Shown here: piece after piece, positions 1 through 11,700 of the stretch
Position numbering within the stretch: position 1 is the stretch's first letter
Layout: the number at the start of each line of letters is the position of its first letter
From: Macrostomum lignano
Lineage: Eukaryota
Assembly (NCBI GenBank): GCA_002269645.1
Contig: NIVC01003354.1
Coordinates: 1-64,000 of the forward strand
DNA: 64,000 bases
Direction: 5' to 3'
The notes under the pieces: generated by a model
Told to the model about the DNA's origin: nothing
What the model saw: only the letters and a program-made list of their open reading frames with translations
The model's database searches: none
Program-made: the position numbers and the translations under genes

Positions 1-1331
1 CACTCCTCGATGCAGAATTCGGCCAATTCCCACAGATTCTTCGGCTTCCTTGCGTGAACCATCTTCTTGAGATCCGTCCACAGCATCTCGATCGGATTCA
101 GGTCAGGGCTCTGGCTTGGCCACTCCATGACCTTGATGCGCCTCTGCTGCAGCCATCGCCGAGTTGCAGGCGCTCGTGTGCTTGGGGTCATTGTCCTGCT
201 GCAGTGTCCAAGCTCGTCCAAGACCGAGGTCATGCACTGATGACTGCAGGTTTTCGTCAAGGATCTGCTGATACACGGCCGAATTCATCTTCTCGGTGAT
301 GTGCATCAGCCTGCCGGGCCAGCAGCTGCAAAGCAGACCCACAGCATGATGCTGCCGCCTCCGTGCTTGACTGTCGGCTTCAGGTGTTTCTGCTCAAATG
401 AGGTGTTCGGCTTGTGCCACACGCACTGTTTCTCATTCCTGCCGAACAGCTCAATCTTGGTTTCATCAGTCCAAAGCCTGACTGCCAGTAGCGTCCGGCT
501 TGCTCAGCATTGCATTAGCGAACTGCAGCCTGGCATGGCGATGTCGCTGCTGCAGCAGAGGCTTTTTTCTTGGAATGCAGCTGCGGAGGCCACGCGGTTT
601 AGGGCTCGGCGAACAGTAGTCCTGTGCGGCAATAAGCCAGCTGCATTCAGCATCTGCTGCAGCTCACCTGATGTTGCATTCGGGTTTTGGCTGACCTCTT
701 GCGTGAGTTGCGCAGCGCGCGAGCTGAAATTTTGCTCAGCGGCCACTGCGAGGCAGAGATGCTGTGGTGCCATGCTGTTTGTACTTTGCGATGATGTGCC
801 TAACTGTTGATACATGCACATTGAAGGCAGCAGATATCCGCTTGTAGCCATCGCCACTATTGTGAGCTGCTACAATGCGATTTCTTAACTGAACTGACAG
901 CTCCTGGCCTCTTGGCATTGTCCTGGCGTGTATCAAGTCAATGACGAAGCGGCTGCAGTGCACATGAGCTTTATAGTAGCATGAAAACCAGTAGCTGAGC
1001 CGATTGAGGGCAAGGGCAAGCAGGACTAAAGTCGCTGGTGATGTAACAGGCAGTGAGGCAGCTGGCAATGTACTTGTGGTGGCTCGCATTTGCACAGAGG
1101 AGGTTATACTGGTAGTGAAGGGCAGGGTGTACTTACTTTTGCACAGGTGTGTTTGAGCATTTTTGGCCACAGCTAATTAGCCACAAGAGTTTTTTAACAA
1201 GCTTGATGTGTCAAAATAAGCCCAGTCAATAAGGATCATTGTGTGCAGTTTTGTCGTAATAGAGCTGACGGTTCAGAAATTATAACCGTTTTTCTTATTT
1301 TGCTTGGGTGTACTTACTTTTGTGCATGACT
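1..1331 (-). mobile_element. Tc1/mariner (DD34E) DNA transposon, frameshifted transposase; 3' part runs off the window start
   Basis: ATG at 918 (-) gives MPRGQELSVQLRNRIVAAHNSGDGYKRIS (paired-like HTH). Later frames give WTDETKIELFG, TLQQDNDPKHTS and WPSQSPDLNPIEMLW, the Tc1 catalytic motifs. A 17-bp direct repeat GGGTGTACTTACTTTTG at 1125-1141 and 1306-1322 fits an IR/DR end, with the terminal TA at 1332-1333. Confidence 0.9.
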
Positions 1332-1647
1332 TATATCTGTTGTTTTACTTTGCATATTGAAAAAACGCAATATCAAGAATTTTTGTCATACAGCACTTCC
1401 TTAAACTCTAACTCTGTCGTACAACACTAGTACCATTTTCCAATCCCTGTTGTACTGTCGTACAACAGCCGAAATGAAAATTTACCTTCCGTCGTAACAG
1501 AAATCCTTCCGCACTATGGCAATGAGCCCATATATTCTCAATGGTGTTTGTATTTAGGGTTGGGTAATTTGGGTCTACAAAATATAGGCAATGGTTGACA
1601 CACTGATGGTTAGCAAGCTTTTTGCTTTAGAAGAAATATATTTGGTA

Positions 1648-2225
1648 AAAAATCCTATATACTAAAAATGAGTTTCTGTATGTATATAGGTATACGATTG
1701 ATTAGAGAAAAAATGGCCCAACCAATTTTTTTCAAACTTTCACCATTCAATCAGAAATTTCCTGGGATGGTACATGCATCTTGGCTAAGAAATTGCTCAA
1801 TGTTAAAGGGATTAAATATAAAAAAACATGCTTTTTTGCAAAGGTCAAGCAGTTCTTTTGACCTGAAATGCATTGTAAGAATGCTAGAAAAAAACTGACT
1901 CATTGAATTCTGATTCTGATAAAGATTGCATCTTTATCAGAAGATGCAATCTTCAGAAATGTAGTTGAAAACAGTGCCAAAGAAATGTACACACGACTTG
2001 ATTTAAATTGCGTAACTAATATTGTTAACTTGAATTGAGACTGATACTGGCTGACTGAGAAATTTATTATATCATAACATTTTACTCTAACCAACTTACT
2101 GTAAGTATTGAATTATAAGGGCCACAATTCATGTTTTCGAATTGAAAAGAGATAGCCTAGATGTGAACAGACTGGACTGCTAATGTAGTGACCTAGGTTC
2201 AAATCTTAGTAGTGCAAAATAATTT
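1648..2225 (+). mobile_element. Dispersed non-autonomous repeat (Helitron-like 5' end) ending in a decayed tRNA-like segment
   Basis: Starts TCCTATATACTAAAAATGAG and aligns with 4558-5115 and, inverted, with about 33440-33520. Ends with a gactggactgctaat...ggttcaaatc tRNA-like stretch. The Helitron assignment rests only on the TC...ATACTAAAAATG start style. Confidence 0.45.
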
Positions 2226-3304
2226 TTTATTAAAATGCCCTAAAAACATTGAAGCGATACCATGTCAAACATAAAAGAGCCACCATGTAAAACATATTGA
2301 GGTGGGGGTGGAGAAGGATCTTTTCTTGCACGTTTGTTTTGAATTTGCAGACACCAGTGAGGTGGGGCGGATTCCTCGTTTGAATTGCCGCCAGCGTTGA
2401 GTTTGCACGAATAAAACCGGAAAAACGCGCAGACGAATCACAACAAAATTTCTTCTCCTGTTGTACTCCGACAGCCGGGTCCTCAAGTCCGGGGGAGGGT
2501 AGTTGCAGTCGTAGCGGAGCGGTCGTATAGCGGCGTGGTCGTTCAAAGCAATGAAACACCGGAGAAACAGACACCGTAAATTAATGTGTCGATTTGCTGA
2601 GCTTGTTACTTTCAGTAGGGTAGAGCTGCCACCACCGTAATTTACGTATTACGGAAACGAATCAGTCTCTGAGCTTTCTTTGAGCTGAGAAAACTTGGTT
2701 ATTTAACGCCCCACGGGCAAAAGACTCAAGATAGGCTATGGCTTAATGTCAACGAATGAATATTAATAAATTGGCAGAATATTAATTTTATTTATTGGTT
2801 TGAGCAGGATAACTGATAGATTATTTAATTATTGATGGAGATGGACTCGGCGTGCCGTGGTGCGACGACTAATTAACTAATAAATTGACCAAAACTTATA
2901 CAACTAAGATAGGCAAAGAAAAAAACAAAACGGACGTAAGTGGAGCCGAGAAAGGTTAAAAAAACATAAACTCACACATACTCGTATATAAGCAAAAAAA
3001 TGAGCAAAATCTGCGGCTGGACCAGAATAAAGAAAATTACACATACGCGTTTGGTCCAGCGGCGGCAGAGTAACAAAACATACAATTAAGCGTGATACAA
3101 AAGGGGGCATATGGAGGGAAACACTTACACTGGATGGGAATTAAAGAAATCCATAGCGGGATGGGGTGCGTGATAACTTTTCGAAAAAAACTGTCCCGGC
3201 TTGGGAAATGTGCACTTAATGTGAAACATCAATTTTGAATTTTGAAAGTTTTAAAACTGCAAAAATAAATATTAAAGAAACAGGGGCAGCCACCTGCCAC
3301 AATA

Positions 3305-3545
3305 TATGTGACTCCATGCCAAACATATACATGACTGCATGTCAAACACATACGTGACTTCATGTCAAACATATACGTGGCTCTATGTCAAACATTAAAG
3401 AGCTACCATGTCAGACATATACATGACTCCATGTCAAACATATATATGACTCCATGTCAGACATTAAAGAGCCACCATGTCAAACATTAAAGAGCCACCA
3501 TTTCAACTGTAAAAAGAAGCTTCATGCCAAACATAAAGGAGCCAC
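3305..3545. repeat. Degenerate minisatellite, about 23-24 bp unit (catgtcaaacat...)
   Basis: Repeated catgtcaaacat(atacatgactc/taaagagccac). Confidence 0.8.
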
Positions 3546-3690
3546 TGTAAAGCTAAGGATATTATTGCACTAGCTACTTGTTGTCTTGGTAGATGCTTGC
3601 TATTTAAGGATAGATTATTGCTATCAGGGGGATGCTTGCTATCTGGGTTAACTTAATATTGGAGGATGCTTGCTATCTGGGGTAACTTAA

Positions 3691-3860
3691 CATACATGCG
3701 CAACCTTGGAAATCACTCGGCCATTTCTATTGGCAACACACACATGTAAGTCGCTATTGGCTGAGAGCAGTCACGTGATTACTATTCTGTCCAATAGCAA
3801 CTTACGTGTGTGTTGCCAATAGAAAAGGCCAGGTGAATCCCTAGGTTGTGCCCAAGCATG
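3691..3860. mobile_element. Palindromic MITE with CATACATG terminus and 8-bp TSD (hAT/P-type)
   Basis: Long inverted arms (ctattggcaacacacacatgtaagt / acttacgtgtgtgttgccaatag). TAACTTAA flanks both sides (3683-3690, 3861-3868). The right TIR is degenerate. Confidence 0.75.
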
Positions 3861-4074
3861 TAACTTAATATTGGAGGATGCTTGCTCTCGGGGTGGAGGG
3901 TACTTTCTATTTGAGAGGGGGTTGCAACTTGCAATAGCTATCTATAAGTATTCTTTGTATATAGAGATGCTTGCTATCTGGAGGGATTCTTGCTATCTGG
4001 AAGGATTCTTGCTGTCTGGTGGATGCTTGCTATTCGGGGATGCTTGCTATCTAGGGGATGCTTGCTGTCTGGGG

Positions 4075-4346
4075 TGTTGAAATGAACAAGTCATGAGCTG
4101 AGAGTATGCAAGACAAGACAAAAGTGCCAAGAGCACCAACAACGAACGATACAATTTATTACAAGCAAGGTTCAATAGTAGCCACCCTACCCAGGGCTAT
4201 AACACCAACAATGTACATTAAAATCACAATAGAGCAGAGACGTGCAAAGAGCGTGAGCCACGGACCATGAGTACACACAAAGAGTTAAGAACACAAACAA
4301 TACACAGAGTAAAAGAGCACCCCAACCCTACGCACCAGGCCCAACA
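4075..4346 (-). mobile_element. Solo LTR (272 bp)
   Basis: TGTTG...CAACA termini, a perfect 5-bp TSD TGGGG (4070-4074 and 4347-4351), and AATAAA on the minus strand near 4155. Confidence 0.85.
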
Positions 4347-4557
4347 TGGGGATGCTTGCTATCTGGGAGATACTTGCATGCTGTCTTGGGATGCTTGCAT
4401 GCTGTCTGGGGATGCTTGCATGCTGTCTGGGGATGCTTGCTATCTTGGGATATTTTCTTTTTAGAGGAAATATTTGTTGTTTTTTCATTGTCTATTTGTT
4501 ACTTGTAAAGAACAAAGATTTATCTAGATGTCCCCCATCGGGGGGCAAAGATTGCTA

Positions 4558-5115
4558 GTCCTCTATACTAAAAATGAAAATCTTGCTTGCTTGTGATTTT
4601 TTTTATGAGACTTACATTGTTCGATCAGAAATTTTCCTGTGATGGTACATGTGTCTTGGCTAAAAAATTGCTCAATGCTAAAAGGATTAAATATTCAAAA
4701 ACATGCTTTTTGTAAGGTCAAGCAAACTTTTTGACTTGAAATGCATTGTAAGAATGCTAGAGAAGAAACTGACTGGTTGAATTCTGATTCTGAAAGAGAT
4801 TACATCACATAAGCTTTTTATTTATCATCTGTATACTGGCTGAATTTTGACACTGAGTTCAATTGCATCACAGTGTTGAAAACATAGTGTGGAAGCATAT
4901 AGCACTAGACTTGATTTATATTTCATAACCATATTTTCAACTTTAATTGAGGCTGATACTGACTTGCCTGAGAAATTGATTGTCATAACTGCTTCATGAG
5001 TGAGTGTTGAATTAAGTGCTACAATTTTATTTATAAATTGGATAAGAGCTAGCCTAGATGTGAACAGACTGGACTGCTAATGCAGCGACCTGGGTTTTAA
5101 ATCTTAGTAGTGAAA
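4558..5115 (+). mobile_element. Second copy of the 1648-2225 dispersed repeat
   Basis: Collinear similarity, e.g. tcttggctaa(g/a)aaattgctcaatg, gacttgaaatgcattgtaagaatgctag, gcctagatgtgaacagactggactgctaat. Confidence 0.7.
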
Positions 5116-5171
5116 ATTTTTTATTGAAAGCTTTTATTAAGACTAATAAAGGACTAAAGGTCTCATGTAAA

Positions 5172-5690
5172 AAATCATAGAAATGTCATATAAACAATCA
5201 TAGAAGCATCATATAAACAATCATAGAAGCATCATCTAAACAATCATAGAAGCATCATCTAAACAATCATAGAAGCATTGTGTAAATAATCATAGAAGCA
5301 TCATGTAAAAATCATAGACATGCAAACAATCATAGAAGCGTCATGTAAAAATCATAGAAGTATCATATAAACAATCATAGAAGCATCATGTAAACAATCA
5401 TAGAAGCGTCATGAAAAAGTCATAGAAGCATCATGTAAACAATCATAGAAGCATCATGTAAAAATCATAGAAGCGTCATGTAAAAATCATAGACATGCAA
5501 ACAATCATAGAAGCGTCATGTAAAAATCATAGAAGTGTCATATAAACAATCATAGAAGCATCATGTAAACAATCATAGAAGCGTCATGTAAAAATCATAG
5601 AAGCATCATGTAAACAATCATAGAAGCATCATGCAAACAATCATAGAAGCGTCATATAAACAATCATAGAAACATCATGTCAGACATGAA
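5172..5690. repeat. Minisatellite, 22-23 bp unit aaacaatcatagaagcatcatgt
   Basis: About 22 tandem copies. Related units recur near 5900 and 7960-8030. Confidence 0.9.
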
Positions 5691-6490
5691 AGAAGTGTAA
5701 TGTAAAAATTAAATGAAGCTATAGTGCTGTGTTGGGGAGAATTACTGAGATGTCAAGGGTCATGGAGAATAACTGAGACTATGGGGGGTGGGTTTCTGAG
5801 ATGTCAAAGCAAAAGTCAGATGCTACTTCCAAGTACATATAGTTTACTCAATTTTGATTACATTCTTTGTTGGCTCGCCACAGGGGGGGGGCTGATAGAA
5901 GAAGTCATGTAAAAAAGAAAAGAAGCATTATGTATACATAAAAGAAGAGTCATGTCGAAGTTAAAAGATTCATTTGGGAATTGCTATGACATCAAGGCTT
6001 GGAGAGAATTGTTATAGTGCTGTGATTTTTAAAGAAGGAATCACTAAAATGTCAAGGCTTACGGGAGAAGAATTGCTGAGATTTCAAGGCTTTAGGTTGG
6101 GTTAAAGTTAGATTTAGGTCAGGTTTTAGGTTGAAGGTTAGATTTTAATGGGTTTCAAGGTTAACAGGGGATTTTTCAGATTTCAAGGTTTATGGGGGCA
6201 TTGTTGACATGTCAAGGCTTATGGGAGGAATAGCTAAGATGTCAAGGCTAAAGTCAGAAGCTACATGTAGTTTATTCAAAACTTTTTATTACATTATTTG
6301 TTGCCTCCTCAGGGGAGGGATTGCTGATAGAAGAAGTGTAATGTAAAAAATAAAATAAGCTTCATATTGAAGTTAAGAGATTCATTTGGGAATCCCTACG
6401 ATGTTGAGGCTTGCAGGGAGTCGCTATAATGCTGTAATAGTGCTATAATGACTCTTGGAGAGAATTACTAAAATGTCAATGCTCTAGGGT

Positions 6491-6788
6491 CATACATGCG
6501 TAACCTCCAAAATTCGGTTGGCCATGCGACTTAGTTTTAACAAAAATGTGACGTAGTTTTTGGCCAAAAATGTGACTTACATGTAATAAAAACCATAAAG
6601 CAAAATTAATGCAACTTTGGGTAAACAGCAGAAGTAACTATGACTGTCTTATTAGGTAAAAATGCCTCATCAGCTACTTAGTAGTACTACTTTGGTATTT
6701 TTCAGGTGGGCATTTTTGTGACTTCCTTGATTGGCTGCCAAATCGGTTGGCCAGATTGGCCGACTCGGCTGACTGTTGCACATGTATG
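6491..6788. mobile_element. MITE with CATACATG(C/T)G(T/C)AAC TIRs and 8-bp TSD
   Basis: catacatgcgtaac at the left end, gttgcacatgtatg at the right end, perfect TSD TCTAGGGT (6483-6490 and 6789-6796). Confidence 0.85.
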
Positions 6789-7289
6789 TCTAGGGTTAGG
6801 GTTAGAAGGTTGACAGATTTTTTTAGATTTCAAGGCATATAGGGGGCATCGCTGAGATGTCAAGGGGGGGAGTTGATATGTTAAAGCTTGTGGGGAATTA
6901 CTGACATGTCAAGGCTTACAAGGGACTGCTGAGGTATATTGCAAAGAGATGCTATATGTAGTTTATTACAAAACTTATACTGCATTTTTGGCTCACCAAC
7001 GCTAAGATACTAAGCTAAAAAATACTACTAGTGCTTCACAAACTTCAGGCTATAGGGTTAGTGTTAGGGTTGGTGTTAGGGTTTAGGGTTATAGCGTTAA
7101 GATTTGGACTAGGGCTAAGGTTAGGGTAGCTTATGAGGTAGGCCTTATCTTAGCGATTGCTTGTTTCTTAGAAAGTAGTATGTTTGAAATTAGACTATTT
7201 TTGTTTTAATGTGTATAATATTAGTAGTATTGTAAATATTATGAATATTATGAAATGTTATTTGTTTAAAATGAACTAAAAGAGGAGTA

Positions 7290-7925
7290 TAAATATACGA
7301 GCTGAAACTGAAGGAGAGCAACTTGCCTCGTTGCATAGCTTCAAAGCTTAAAACTGTTCTAGTATCCTAAGATTGAAGCTTGATTAATACTTATTGACTT
7401 AGTTATTTAGCAGCATTAGGATCCCCAAATTGGGAGAAACTTAGTCCGTTCTCAGAGAACGAGAAATCCTAGACTTAGAAGTCTAGTAACCCGCCTTTAG
7501 AAAGGCAGAAATCCTACCACAGGGTAGAGAAATCCAGGCTTAGAGCCTGAGAAACCCGCCTCAGGGCAGAATACCCAGCGAAGTGTGCTGTGACCCTCTG
7601 ATCCCGGGAACGCCCAGGACTGAGAGAATAACATCTTTAGAGGAATATAAGAATAGGATAGACAGTGCCTAAAAAGACCGCTCAGGCCCGAAAGTACAAT
7701 AGAAGTACAGACGCTACCAGTAAGTAAACAGTAAGAACAGTAAAAGGAATCACACCTGTAACAACTTTAGTGACAGCGGTGAAATCATTTGTAGGGACAG
7801 AAGTCACCCCTACGACAACTTTGGTGTCAGCGATTGAGATTCTTATAGAGAGCCAAAAGGCCTGTTACAACTTTGGTGACATAACGGTGGGATTCTCAGT
7901 GTACAGGAAGCACCCCTGGTACACT
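7290..7925 (+). mobile_element. LTR-retrotransposon 5' fragment: LTR plus three LTR-end/PBS modules
   Basis: Aligns with 49570-50000 and, inverted, with 8376-8900. Followed by three ACAACTT-TGGTG(T/A)CAG..GGTGGGAT-like units resembling tRNA primer-binding sites. The 5' boundary is uncertain. Confidence 0.6.
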
Positions 7926-8375
7926 TATATCAGCTCATGTAGCTTATTAAAAATGTTTATCATAGAAGCATCATGCAAAAATAATAGAAGTGTCATGTGG
8001 AAATCATGGAAGTGTCATATGAAAAATCATGGACAAAATATTAAATTTAGGGTTATGGGTAGGGTTAAGGTTAGGTTAGAAGTTTGACAAGAGATTTTTT
8101 TATGATTTCCAGGCTACATGTAGCTTATTAAAAAATGTGTATTGCATTTCTTTGGCTCTACAATGGGGGTGTAGTTTGCTAGTGCTTTCCTATTCCCTTT
8201 CCCACTCAACAATTATCAGACACCAACCCTTTTGGGCCATAGATAACTTATAAGATAGAATTTTTTGCCTTATCTTAGCATTACTTCTTAGCATTATCAC
8301 TCAAATCATTGATTTAAATCCTTGGCACTGGCATGAATTCAAATGAAAAATGAAAAAAAAATTCATGAAATATTG

Positions 8376-8900
8376 CCAACTGTAACAGGTGTTTTACCTC
8401 CTACTTTATCAATTTAATCCCAACTGCTGATACCAAGTTGTAACAGGCCTTTTGGCTCTCTATGAAAATTCCAACGTTATGCCACCATAGTTGTAATAGG
8501 GCTTTCTCTTCTGTCCTCTAAGTAACTGCCACCAAGTTGTCACAGGGGTTATTCCTGTTTGCCAACTACAGTTATCCTGACTATACTTGTTTTTACTCCC
8601 TAACTATTTCTTAAAATTTCATTTAAATATTTCTGGGTAGCGTTCTTAGTAGCGTTTCTGGTAGCTTATGGCTAGCTCTCTGGTAGTGTTCTGGTAGCTT
8701 ATGGCTAGCTTTCTGGTAGCATTCTGGTAGCTTATGGCCTGAGCGGTCTAGTACTGGTATATGTATTAGTGAATATTCCTAATCGGGCGTTCACCAAGAC
8801 TAGAGGGTCACGGCGCCTCTCTTAGTATATCTCCAAGAATTAGTCCCAATTCCCTTCTCTTAGCAAATTTCTTGGAATCGTTTCTCAGACTTTGCAAATG
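8376..8900 (-). mobile_element. Diverged relative of the 7290-7925 LTR fragment in opposite orientation, with its own PBS-module array
   Basis: The reverse complement shares gtgaccctct...gaacgccc, gaccgctcaggcc and gctaccag with the first copy, plus the identical spacer atagagagccaaaaggcctgttacaac. Confidence 0.6.
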
Positions 8901-10759
8901 AATAAGTTGCTATTCAACTCGAAAGACTTTAAAAGGTTTAGATTGAACTGCTTATTTTGTTCGCGATATTTGCTCACAGGTAAAAGACAGTTGGAGTATA
9001 TTTGTTGCAAAACCGCTCCTATATATACCCCCTGAATTCCCAATACATTTATAACAAAAAATATTTTCCCAATTTATTTCGCGCATTAAAACAAACTATT
9101 ATTTAGCGTTTTGCGTGGATTCAGTTTCTAAGAAAGATTCGAATATACAGTTATTACATTGAAAGAACATTTGAGTATACTATTATAAAGGCATAGCACT
9201 AGTACACCAACCAACATGACTGTGACATTAAAATGTCATCAGCATTATCAATCACCAGAACTGACAGAAGTTCAAAAGAAAAATAATTTCATAAACAAAA
9301 TTCCACCAGTGCTTAATTTATATATTTATATAATATATTTATAATAAATTACATATTATTATAATATCCAGTTATAATTTATAGTGCAATATACAGTATA
9401 GTAATTTTTTATTAATATAGTAGTTATTTTTATAGTAATACAAGTCTTGTCCTATATATGAGTTATTCAGTTAGGCCCTATTGTAATATTATATAGTCTG
9501 GTTAGATTTGCTAAATATACATAAAAAATTGGCAAGTATGCATCTAATATATATTACACTTTTTCAAGTTTATGTTGATAAAATACTTGAATGATCAAAT
9601 ATTTTCCAATTTTCTGAAACTTGCCAAACACTTAACTTAACAAGGAATGCCAATTGTCACATAATCATTTGGATGACAAAACAAATACCTTGTAGCAAAA
9701 CTCTTAATCCTATAAATTCGTATGAATAGAAAAAGAGTTTAGTAGTTAATTACTCATGGATTAGTAGTCTAGCCATTTTTGGTTAGGTAAAAAATGCTTT
9801 TTAATATTTTATGTTTAAGTATAGTTATGATTATTAAAATACTTTTTGCTATTTTTTCTATTTATAATTTATCAGATATGTCATATACCCATTTGGGCCA
9901 TAGAAAACTTAGATATTTGTGTCTAATTTCAGTCATTAGCATTATCATCTATCTATTTAGACCATAGAAAACTTAGATCTATAGACCTTTTGGAGCCCCA
10001 TTAGAATTATCACTGTTTAGCACTAGTATAAATTAAAATGAAAGATTTTGTAAACAAAACTACACTAGTATCTATGTTTTTCCTAGCTTCAAGCATTGTT
10101 AAATTTATCTGGTGCAAAAGCATAATCTTCTAGCTGTCAATCTATTAATATTGCATTGCAGACACAAAACACTGTAGAAATATTGATTGGTAAATTGTTT
10201 ATATAATATATTATAAGTAGATAAATAAAAGGGAAAGAGAGACATATTAGAAGATATATAAGTATTTTATATTGAATTACCCTAGTAAAGGTATACTAGT
10301 ATCACAATAGGCAAGTTGCTTATTTAATTTTTTTACAGGGGTTAATAAAAGAGCATCCATAATTTTAAAGTGGCAACTGGTATTGTATTCCTAAATAATA
10401 ATAAACCTCATATCATTTCATATTAGCATAGCCAATGTACTCAATAAGGTTGTTGTACATAATAGAAGATAATATTAGCCAACGTTCTTTGCTCTTAAAA
10501 TATAGCTAGAATCTATATGTCATTTAGTTTCACCAAGAATTTAAATTAATCTAATATATATTTATTTAAGTAAACATTTTAAGTTGTTTAACTTTGAACC
10601 ATTATATTACTATAAAATTTTGGTCTTTTACTAAACAAATAATCAAATTAATTCAGGTAAAGTAGCTTACTTAATAAAAAGTAAATGCACAAGAGAAAAA
10701 ATTAACATATAACAATTATAATATTGTTCTATTTTATTCTATCAGCGTCTTGCAGATCT

Positions 10760-11600
10760 TCTTGGTATAGACGAGCCTTAACTCGAAGGCTGTCCAGTTT
10801 AGACACACACAATTGCTAAGAGGTCCTTGGCCAGAGTCACAACCCAGTGCACAAAGCGATCATTGGACTGGTTCTTAGGGTCCAGAAGCTTACAAGCACT
10901 GAGAACTGAACTTTGGAGTGGTAAATGCTCCAATTTTCAATTCCTTTCTTAAAAAATCCCTTGACTAAATGGAGACATTGACACATTGTTGTTGGGGCTA
11001 TGTGTTGGGCCGTACCGAATAGGGCAACAAAGAGTTGTCTGGCAGTCTCGCCCATGGCGATTCGGAGTGGAGGCAGCCAGATGGTTTCATCTTTGACATC
11101 AAACTTCCACACTTTTTGTCAGGCTTGACAAATCGCAGAAGCCAGAGGCACATCAGGTCAGTCATCTAATCGTTTAGCTGGTGCTGAACAAGCAGCAGTT
11201 CAAATTTCTGCAAAGGCTCTAGGACTTCAGAGAGAAAATGCAGGAAAAACTGCACCTTCTGGTCTAGCGCATCAGTCTTCATTGTGGCAAAATTTGCTTC
11301 ATGTGCTCTGGTCTCTCAGAAATACTTCACCAGTGTGTGTCAAAAACGTTAAACGTTCCAATAGTGTGTCAGCCTCCTGTCATCACTGATGGGCCATCGG
11401 GCATGATGCACACACTGCTTAAAGTGAAGACAATTCATAGCAAGCCATGGCAACAGCAGACTCGGGTAGCGGCTCATCCAACAAGAAGCTTAACCGTCTC
11501 CAAGGGTAAAATGAGAAACTTCTTCGTCTTGATACTCGTATAAACGAAGGAAATGACAATCATAATGTTCAGAGACTTCTGAGATCCCATCAATTCTTCT
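10760..11600 (-). pseudogene. Degenerate hAT-like transposase remnant
   Basis: Broken minus-strand frames: HFKQCVHHARWP (like the LKHVxTRWLS region), KVQFFLHFLSEVLEPLQKFELLLVQ, LLRFVKPDK, KFDVKDETIWLPPLRIAMGETARQL. Multiple stops and frameshifts. Confidence 0.5.
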
Positions 11601-11700
11601 AACACGTTAGTTGCTAGGCTATATTTTATTTATTTTATAAGGCTACAGTAGCAATTAAATCAGCAATGCTAAAACTAAAGAATCTGAATTGTTTTCCTGC

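Larger units (their letters stand above)
3590..4450. repeat. Degenerate ggggatgcttgctatct minisatellite interrupted by a MITE and a solo LTR
   Basis: Motif gatgcttgct recurs throughout, on both sides of the insertions. Confidence 0.75.

Noticed and set aside
2150-2215. tRNA-Ser-like sequence (also about 5050-5110) and tRNA-like heads at about 44930-45014 and 60600-60672
   Set aside because: They lack complete cloverleaf stems and are parts of dispersed repeats or SINE heads, not functional tRNA genes.
2230-3110. Short ORFs and a TAGAGCTGCCA hAT-like end at about 2621
   Set aside because: No homology was recognised and no matching opposite terminus or TSD was found.
6493-6786. Idea that the CATG-ended MITEs are TA-targeting and produce the TACATGTA footprints
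   Set aside because: The true ends extend to CATAC...GTATG with an 8-bp TSD, so these are not TA-duplicating elements.
6789-8080. TTAGGG-like runs (about 6790, 7050-7125, 8050-8075) as interstitial telomere
   Set aside because: Only 2-4 imperfect units each, embedded in dispersed repeats.
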